Shown piece after piece: positions 54,553-64,000 of a stretch of DNA of 64,000 nt. The DNA comes from Paramecium tetraurelia (lineage: Eukaryota). Location: NCBI GenBank assembly GCA_000165425.1, contig CT868041.1, positions 124,001 to 188,000 of the forward strand. Direction: 5' to 3'. Made by a program: the position numbers and the translations under genes. Position 1 is the stretch's first letter. Each line of letters begins with the position of its first letter. The notes beneath the pieces were generated by a model. That model saw only the letters and a program-made list of their open reading frames with translations, had not been told where the DNA came from and did not search any database.

Positions 54553-57500
54553 ATGAAAGATGATTTTTAATGTAACATCGTTTCTGATAAAAGTGATGAT
54601 GAAATTAAAGTGAAGAACCAATAAATAAATCAATTGAAAATGGAAATTGAAAATTAAGTAAAATTGGCATCATTAGACTAAATTTAATCGAATGCCAAAA
54701 TTTTGTATGATGAATTTGAAATCGATATAATTTCATAAGACGATAAAAAAAATATGTACATGAGTCAAAGTAAAGAACTAAATAATTGGAATGTCAATAG
54801 AAAATAAGAAATTTAATATTTGGATAAAGTCTGCAATCTTCGATAAATAAATTAGACTAATTTAGCAGGCAGTGGTTCTTAATAGTTTTAGCAAGCTAAG
54901 ATATAATACAATATTCAATAAAATTATATTAGTGATGATAGCAATAACACTGATGATAATACGGATGAAGTAGATAGTTAGGATGCTTAATAAAATAAAC
55001 CTCATTATAATGAGAATTAATCAAAGGTCAATAATAAAGATTAAAAATAAGCAGAGAAGATAACAGATAGAGCTCAAAAGTAGGCATGGTTAATGAAAAA
55101 TAGAGTGAAAAGACATGAAAATTAAGGTGAAAGTTTTGATGTTCTAGAAATAGTAAACAATGGATAAAAGACAGAACCTAATCTTTTTGAATAAGGATTA
55201 TTTAAAAGGAGTGATTATGGTGCTTAGCATACTTCATAATAATAGTTATAATTTAAAAAAGAACTATACAAATCAGATTTTGGAAGATCATAATTCTAAT
55301 CAAGTGTGATTAAATCAAATTAAGAACAAAAGTAAATCGACCATTTAGAATCTACTCTTATGAAGAAATAAGTAAAGATTAATGAAATTAAAGATACTTC
55401 TAATCAAAAAGAATTATAACAGAATTTCGATGCTAAGAAAATTTTTGAAAAAAGATTTGAATCGAAAACAAATGGTTGGGATGTTTCAAAACATGTTATT
55501 ACAAGCACTGAGAATAATATAAATTCAGTGAAAACCCCTATTGAATTGCAACCAATTGATTAGCTTTAATAACTTATCAGAGACCCAAATTAAAGGACCA
55601 TCAATAGTTATTTTATGCCAAAAGGCCTTTAGAATTAGCCAAATTAACTTTTATTAAAACTATAAGGTATTGATAATTCATAAATCAAATAATAAAACCA
55701 AAATAACCCAAAGGAGAAACAAGGTTTTTTATAAAGATGTGAAGATGGTTCTATGAAATATAATAAAGATATCGGTAAGTCTCTTAAGTAATCTGGGAAG
55801 GATTAATAAAACAATCAGAAAAAACCAAATCTTCAAGAGATTAAATAATCGTATCCAGATTTATAGTAATAGAAATACTAAAAGTTATAAGAAGTAGTTA
55901 AAAAAAGTCTTCATTAGCAAGAATAAAAATAGCAGTAACCTATAAGTAATAGAGAGAAGGAAAGAAAGAGGCTCGAAATGTAATTATAAATCTTAGATAA
56001 CCCATTAATCAAACAATAAGGTTAAAAAGAAACAGAAGAATTATTAAATGAGGATAAACATGAATTTAGATCAATTAAAATTGAAAAAAAGACGGTTGCT
56101 GAATCTCAAAGATTATCCAAATATAAAATGATCTTAGATAACAATGCAGGGGATTCATTTTAGATTGGGAAGCCTATTTTTGAATTTAATAGATTACTAA
56201 ACTATTTGTTCGTGAAGAATTATGATATTCCTGATATTGCAGATTAAGAGCACAAGGTCATACCAAATAAATTTGAAAGTGCAGAGGAGTACTGTAAGAT
56301 TTTTGAATACTTGTTCTTGAATGAGGCGAGTGCTTAGATAAAATAAGAATTAATCGAATTTTTGAAAAAAACTGAAAAAACAACTAAATATCGTAAAATA
56401 TAAATAATGATTGATGAAAATGATAATGAATCGTAAGGAACAATTTTCGTTATGAGAGGACCTCAAACGAACTAATAATCAGAACCATTTGATAATAAAA
56501 AATAGAGAGAAAAAGAAGATGCAGATTAAAGCCAATCAGAAGATTAATAATTCTGTTTTGACACTATAAAAGATGGAGTATGCGATTTGACAGCTTATAA
56601 AAATTATATTTTCGTAATTTCAAGCAAAATAAAAATTAAGCTTAGATAAATTAATTAAACACCTAGAGATAATGATATGGTCTTTTTTGGAATATTGATA
56701 GACCCTTAAAAAGCACAATATTTGTAACAAATAAGAATTCAAACTTTTGTAAAAAAGTAAAGTTTAAATGCAAATTAATGGTATAATGTTTTTTTATTTC
56801 CTTTTTCTAAAATTACAACATCAATTCGTGAATATTAGATGATAACTAAGTTAAACCAAAAAACTCCACTGGCAGGATTAATTTATAATCCAACCGCTTA
56901 ATAAGCATTGATTGGTTCAGATATAGGAGGAGGTTGGACAGTTTAATTTCAAAATCAAATTCAAAATAAAGAATTGTTAGACCCCTTTTTTCAAATTGCA
57001 GATCAAAAATATAATGAAACTCAAGCAAATTCAATAAAAGAGATTATCTTGAAAGAAAAAGGAATTTGTTTACTATAAGGACCGGTATTTAATATTTTAT
57101 AGTTTTTAGCCAGGGACTGGGAAGACACACACATTAATTGGATTATTATCTGGAGTATATGAATATATGAAATTGACGAATAAATTTCCCAGGAAAAAAA
57201 TATTAGTAATCTAAAATAAATTATGATAGATTTGTGCACCTTCTAATGCAGCAATAGATGAGATTATATTAAGAATCCTTTAAAAAGGAGGATTATTTGA
57301 TTCATAGGGCAATTCCCGATAGGCGAATCTTATACGAATTGGTTTGCTTGATGAGGAAAATGTTCATTCTGACATCATTAAGAAAGTTTCATTAGAAGAC
57401 TTAGCATAACACAAGTTATTTTCAACTTAAAAATTTAATGCTTAATAAGATTAAAAGACAACTGCAGATCTAAGGATTGAATTGTGCTAGATTCAAAATC

Positions 57501-59130
57501 ACATAAAAAAATTAGAAAAAAAATTGAATTAGCATGGAATACCTGGAGAGGAGAGGAGAATAATAAAGGAGCAAATTAATTAATTTAGTGATTTAAGGAA
57601 AAGTAAATAAGAGTACTTAGATAAGACTAGAGAGAATAAAAAAATGTACAAAGAATACTATAATTAATTTTGTGAAAAGTTATTGAATGATGCTGAAATC
57701 ATTTGTAGTACTCTAAGTTCCAGTGGATCTGATAAGTTATCTAAATATTTGGATTAGATAGAATTGCTAATAGTTGATGAAGCAGCTTAATGCACTGAAC
57801 CATCTAACATCATCCCTTTAAGATTAGGGATATAGAAGATGATTTTGATAGGTGATCCAAAGCAATTACCTGCTACAACATTTTCGCCAGTTTCTAATTA
57901 AACTTTATATAATAGAAGTCTATTCGAGAGAATTCTAGATAACAATTTTTAACCTTATTTCCTAGATATTTAATATAGAATGCACTCTGAGATAAGAATG
58001 TTCCCATCAGAGTATTTCTATTAAAATAAACTAAAAGATCATGAGTCAACAAATAACAGAGATTTACCAACGAATTTCTTTAAAAACAGAGTGTTATTTT
58101 TAGATATACTTGATGGTTAAGAGCAGAAGGATGGAACATCAAACATTAATGAATAAGAGGCCTCTATTATAGTAAATTCAATTAAATGCATAAAAGAAGA
58201 ATTCCCTACTCAAACTATTGGTGTGATTTGTGCCTACAAATCGTAAGTGAGATATATTAAAACATTGCTTAAGTAGAAATATTCTGATGAAAGCCTATTT
58301 GATCATTCAACTATTAGTATCAATACAGTAGATTCATTTTAAGTAATGATTAAGATTAAATAATTAGGGTTAAGAGAAAGATATTATATTATTTAGTTGT
58401 GTTCGTTCGTCATAAACAGGAGGAATTGGATTTCTAAATGATGGTAGAAGAATGAATGTTGCTTTGACAAGGGCTAAAAATGCTCTATTTATCCTTGGAA
58501 ATGCTATCACTGTATACTATTTAACTTATTTAGTTATCAAAAAGTGATTTATGGAAATCAATGTTAAAGAATATTTAAAAAAGGGGGCTATATCGAAATC
58601 TCGAGTCCCAACAGTTTTAATTTCAATAGATTTTAAAAGATGAATGGAGTGAGTAGAACAAAACACTCTCTCCAAAGCTTATTGCCAATCTTAATTAATC
58701 ATCTTCAGGAAATCATGAAAAATCAACATACAACATTTCTGACTTTAAGGTTGAAGTGGCCAAGAATAGAAAAATAGATTCTAAGTAAAATTATGAAATC
58801 AAGAAATAACACAATCAAAAAGATATCAATGAAAAAGAAAGTTAACAAAAATATAAAATTATTGTAAATAACAAAGAGAAGGATAGAAGTACTTCAGAAT
58901 ATTAAATATCTAAATAAATAATGAAAAATCACGAAAGCTGCAATCAATAAAATTAAATCATTAAGCATAATCAGGATAATTAAAAAAACAATTATTTTCA
59001 AATACCTAAAGATACAAAAGGTGAATAAAATAAAAAAGAATAGGCGAATGCTTAGTTGTAAAGTAAAGAGCATTCGAGTCATGAAGACTTTGATCTGATT
59101 AGATGCCTACGTGAGGAAGGCTTTTTATGA
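54553..59130 (+). CDS. Sen1/senataxin-like SF1B RNA/DNA helicase
   Basis: LLQGPPGTGKT, ICAPSNAAIDEI, IVDEAAQCTE, LIGDPKQLPAT, SLFER, LDIQYRMH, NTVDSFQGQEKD and GFLNDGRRMNVALTRAK; long Q/N-rich N-terminus. Confidence 0.93.
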
Positions 59131-59470
59131 TAAATGAATTTATTTTCTTTATTGATTACCTAAACAAATTTTTAATAGTTCTTTCCTGTACAAAATGGTT
59201 TGATAATTCTGCTATTTCAGTTGAATTTACTTAAAAGCTCAGGTTTAAGGACCAACTAGATATTTAACTTAAAAATTAAATATTTTATCTCATCTATTGA
59301 AGAGCATTAAGAGAATAATAATTGAATATTCTACTAACCATTTAAGTATTTACTGAACTAAGATAAGCTTTAAAGTAAGAATTTAATGTTCAAATTCATG
59401 ATAAAAACATTTAAATTCTTAAACATTTAATAGTGTAATTTATTAAAACTAAATCTTATAATATAATTTA

Positions 59471-60831
59471 ATGGAGCAAGATTAATAATTTGAAATAGTG
59501 GGGACATTTAACAATAAATTGTAACAGTTTACAATTCGTATCATTCATAACATAGATATGCTTAGCATTGTATAACTATAGATTTTTATTAGATGACTTT
59601 TACAGAGTAAAAGCTGTTTGAATTATATTTTTCAGAGGAGGATATAAAATTCCAATGGGATGAATAAATGGATAGATTGGGCCACTCAAATTTTGTTTCA
59701 TTATGGATTAAGAAGGAAGAATTTAAGATTTTTGGGAAGTAGGATAGTATTCAGTGGCTTTTCAACTTGTGTAAAGGAAAATTCATATTTCTATAAAAGA
59801 ACAAAAATACAAATAGAACTGTTATAGAACAGAATGAAACTGGAATTGTATAATTTATATCTGTAAGTCCAGGTTTATAAATTGAATGACAAGGGCACTA
59901 ATGAAGAGGAATATTTTGATAAAGTTCTCTTTTAGAATAAATAGCAATTCAATTAAGCTTGTATTATTCCAGAAGAATTAAGAGTTCTTAAATTACTTAA
60001 TCAAAATAAATGTCCCTACGTATTGAACATAGAGGCTATTTAATATGACGGAAGCTAATTTTCCTATCGTTATAAGAAAAAAAGACTGGACTCATTAAAA
60101 AAGTTCATATCATAGACTCCGAGCATTAAATTAAGTTAAGTATTAGAGATAATAAGATAGCTTTTGTAAGGTATTTATATGTATATTAGTTTAAGTAACT
60201 CATTATTTCGAATCAATAAAGTTAATTCATAACAGATTAGATTTGGAAAATATTTAATACTCAAAGCTGGAAAATGTAATTCAAATTACAAGTTTTACAT
60301 ATTCCTTTTTAGAAAATAGATAAACAATTAAATTGTAAATAAATATGTTATGGTAAGTAGAAATCACCACATAGGTCATACATCACCAGAATGTTTTTCT
60401 GAATAGTAGTTGATTACTACAGCAGCGAACATCTACTAAGTGGGCATACTATTTTATATAATGTATACAGAAATAAAACAATTAGGGTATTTGGGAATAA
60501 TCCCTTTGGAAAAAGTTAGGAGGAGATTCAGAAAAATAATCCTATGGGAAAATTTATGAAGCCTAAGGAAAATGGATTGATATCATAAAAGTTAGTGACA
60601 GTTAAAGAGATTATTTTTGAGATGATTTCATCAATGATGTCCATGAATCCCTTATAAAGGAAATCAGCTTCGCATTACCTGAGATCAAAAATCTTTTTGC
60701 CATTTTTGAAATAAAAAATTTCTAGAATGGAATTTAAGTTGTAATTTAATGAGATTAACGAAGATGATACTATTAACAATGAAAACAAAATTTTAAACTC
60801 CATCTACATTCTTAAGACAAAATTTAAATGA
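59471..60831 (+). CDS. Kinase-fold protein lacking catalytic motifs (pseudokinase)
   Basis: ELRVLKLL, LIHNRLDLENI (HRD lost), IQITSFTYS (DFG lost), GHTSPEC, ANIYQVGILFY and GNNPF. Confidence 0.7.
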
Positions 60832-60940
60832 CCTTAGTCAGTGTTAGTAATGAAATTGATTCATTATTGTAATTATCCATAATACAATTCTTAAATATAT
60901 ATAAAATAATGTAAATGAAGTTTAATAATAATTTATATTA

Positions 60941-62771
60941 ATGTTTTCCAAAAAAGAAGAAAGTGCTCCGGATAATTAGAATTCTAAAAATATACTCAAT
61001 GAGTTTGAAGATAAATTCTCGCCTTTTAAAGTATTTTTGAAATCCTAAAAAAGGTCGGAGACCTAGTTCAAAATCGATTTCTTATCAGTCATAAAATAGG
61101 CCAAGGTTCGTTTGGATCCGTATTCAAGGTTAATGATCAAAACAATAATAACGTGACATTTGCTATAAAAATTCAGTCGGAAGATGATGAAAAAAATTTA
61201 TTAGAAAGAGAAATAAAGGTTTTAATTGAACTAAGGTAAAGAATATAATAACTGTTTATAAGAAAATAGAAAGGGTTTCCATAAATACGGTTTTATGGGT
61301 AAGAGAGAGGCCAGACTTACTGCATAATGCAGATGTTAGGATAAAATTTGGAATAAATATTTAAGAAACTTGGGAGTGTTATGAAATTAGGAAGTGTGTT
61401 GAGATTGGGAATCTAAGTAAGTGATATATAAGATATTAGTGAATAGATGATTGAAAGAATAGCAATAATGCATCAAAGTCGATTTTTACATAGAGACATC
61501 AAACCTGACAATTTTGTTATAGATGGCCCTGGCAATCCTAGACTATTATATTTAATAGATTTTGGGTTGTCTAAATATTATATTGTAATTTATTTTCTTT
61601 GAACTCAGAATAAAAAAGGAGATCATATTGTCTAAGCTAAAAAGGGTGGATTGATTGGGACAGCTCGATACGCAAGTGTAAGTGCTCATGAAGAGATTGA
61701 ACAATCACGCAGAGATGATCTGGAAAGCATTGGATATGTTTTAATCTATTTAGCTAAAGGAGCATTACCATGGATGAATTTATAAATAGAAAAAAAAGAT
61801 TTAAAATATGCGAAAATTAAGTAAATAAAAAAAGAAATTAAAATTAATGAATTGTGCTAGTCACTACCAATAGTATTTAATTAATACTATTTATAGTGCT
61901 TTGAATAATTCATGACAGATGTAAAATCTTTAGAGTTTAAAGAGACTCCTAATTATGAGACATTGAAATCTTACTTTGAGAAACAAATTGAACTTGATAA
62001 TAAATAGCAATCAAATATTTAATAGCCATTTGTTTATGATTGGGAACGCTTGTCTGAATTTACAAAATAAAAAAAACATTAAACAATTCATGTAATGGAA
62101 GTAAGACTGATTTATTATTTAGAATTAAACAAAAAATTAAGCTATCCAAATTGTAGTTAATCTAAACAAATAAAATTAAATGGCCAAATAAGACTTATTT
62201 TTAAACCAATAAATAACAAATTCATAACAAAATCCAGTCTAAATCGAATAAAATAAAAATGAAAAAAAAATAGAATAACAATAAGATTTGACAACTCCTA
62301 GCAATTAATTAACAAGTCATCCTTTCGCTATAAATGTTATCGAAAACTAAAAAGATTATTTATAACCTATAAAATTAGATGAAAGTAGAATTACAAGAAT
62401 TTAAAATCATTCTACAACACTCTTATAAAATCCTCAATTCAATTCATCTTTCTAGTTTGATTCATTTCTTTAACCTTCTATAGCAACATCTAGAATGAAT
62501 AACTACCTTGAAAGCGAAAGCGTTAATAGTGAAGGCAATGTTCTACCTATTTGGGATATAAATGAATCATAGCAAGAAGTTAAGAGAACTGGAATTTTGG
62601 AAGGAATCAGAAAGCCTAGTTAAGTTATTCTGAGAAGAGAGAGGAAGATTCATTCATGTATGAATTTAATTGAATTTAGAAATTGATACTCTAAAATAAA
62701 TGTAAGATCTATTCGTTCATCCTAAATAAATAGATGGAGACAATGAAACAAGTGTAGAAGGATTAGAATGA
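60941..62771 (+). CDS. Casein kinase 1 family kinase with long Q/S-rich tail
   Basis: [28 protein letters not shown] and [12 protein letters not shown]...[13 protein letters not shown]...LPW. Confidence 0.95.
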
Positions 62772-62852
62772 AACGAGACTCATTTATTATGTAATATAAT
62801 GTACTAAACCTTTACCAATAATTCTAAATAATAATTAATTATAAATATAAAA

Positions 62853-64000
62853 TCAAGTTTTATTATAAAGAGTATTGCTAAAAAGAGGACCTAGTTTATT
62901 AAGTTCTTTTTGAAACAAGTTTCTTTCCTCCTTTTTTCCTTTTTTCTTTTTGTTATACTTTAATTTCTCATAAAAGAAGGTAACTTCATTCTCAGTTGCT
63001 AAGTACAAAGCCTTTATATCTTGTAAGATAGTTTAAACAAATGAACTAGCCTGACTGATTACTTCATTTGTGATTGGTGATACTATGGTAATCTAAAGTT
63101 AATTGTCATCTTCATTTAAATCAAAAAATGGACTAGATTTAAAATAGTTGATTACTCTTAATTGAATCCTTTGTAATTAATCCCTGTCTTTTGGGTGTCG
63201 AATTCCATCCCATAAAATTGTAGGAATTTATAAGTAGTATATCCAATAGAGGAGGCTTAATTTTATTGATAGCAACTCTCTAAGAATGCTAAAACCATTT
63301 GAATAATGCAGAAAGAAGAGATCCCTCCTTTGTATTAATCATTTAATCCTCTCTTCTTCAATAAGCTCTTGAATAACAGAACTATTGGTCTTAATTCGTT
63401 ATAAAAGGATAGCCATTAGAGAGTCAATTCTGTTGAAATTTACCCTAGATGCCAATTTTATTTAGCTCCTTAATATTAGAAGAAGCTGACATCCACACTG
63501 AATAGATGGGATGGAATTTCTTCATCAGAACTAGATAATCTATTAAAATCAATACTTAGGAATCAAATCAATGTAGGGTAATACAAGGACATGAGATGAG
63601 TCTACAAAGGAGATGGTAGGATCAACCTGAAGTTTAATCAGTGGCATATTTGAAGTTGTAATTGCTCTAGAAAGTGTGAAATTAAGTTATACCTAATATT
63701 TTTGACCCATTTCATTTTTTAAAGAAAATCAATTATTTTTTAGATTGGTCCATTTAATTGAGTGGATGGAAATAATTCAAACCCTGTAATTCCAATATCA
63801 ATATCGCTTTCTGGAAGGGCTAAACCAGTTGCACATGATCCAAATAGACGAACATTAGAATTAAATTCTATTAATAGTATAATAAATAATTCTACCTCTA
63901 AACAGTTAATTGATGACAAAGGAAATTCTGTCATAGATTACTCTCCTCATTTATAGAATTTCCTGATTCTTTGTTAAGTTTAAGTCATTAAATTCCCTCA
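62853..64000 (-). CDS. Trf4/PAPD5(TENT4)-like non-canonical poly(A) polymerase (3' part; start beyond the window)
   Basis: FGSCATGLALPESDIDI (GS...DxD), MPLIKL, SVDVSF and LRPIVLLFKSLLKKRGLNDQYKGGISSF. Confidence 0.9.

Overview
This is AT-rich, gene-dense eukaryotic DNA that reads as a ciliate macronuclear (somatic) chromosome segment, most likely Paramecium. TAA and TAG encode Gln, TGA is the only stop, and genes are split by tiny GT-AG introns, mostly 20-35 nt. The supplied standard-code ORF track is therefore mostly fragments or antisense shadows. Hand translation with genetic code 6 and intron removal gives about 40 genes. Recognisable products: a Brahma/SNF2 remodeller (partial), P4-ATPase flippase, 5-aminolevulinate synthase, RCC1-repeat protein, Rab GTPase, PHD-finger protein, peroxisomal-type 3-hydroxyacyl-CoA dehydrogenase, BPI/LBP-like secreted protein, three kinases plus a pseudokinase, MORN protein, NAD kinase, large PAS-domain membrane protein, small Tim chaperone, RING+Tudor-like protein, DHHC palmitoyltransferase, trichocyst matrix protein precursor, Sen1-like helicase and a Trf4-like poly(A) polymerase (partial). 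There are also many coiled-coil hypotheticals and one probable pseudogene. I found no rRNA, tRNA, CRISPR, telomere or transposon, and no compelling new multi-gene system. The best leads are splicing-level oddities (two unusually long introns with a poison acceptor in the PHD gene; a frame break needing a non-canonical intron or retained IES), heme-regulatory motifs in ALAS, a BPI/LBP-like protein, and a Trp-to-TAG change in a putative chromatin reader. Coordinates were read by eye, and ends of hypothetical genes may be off.
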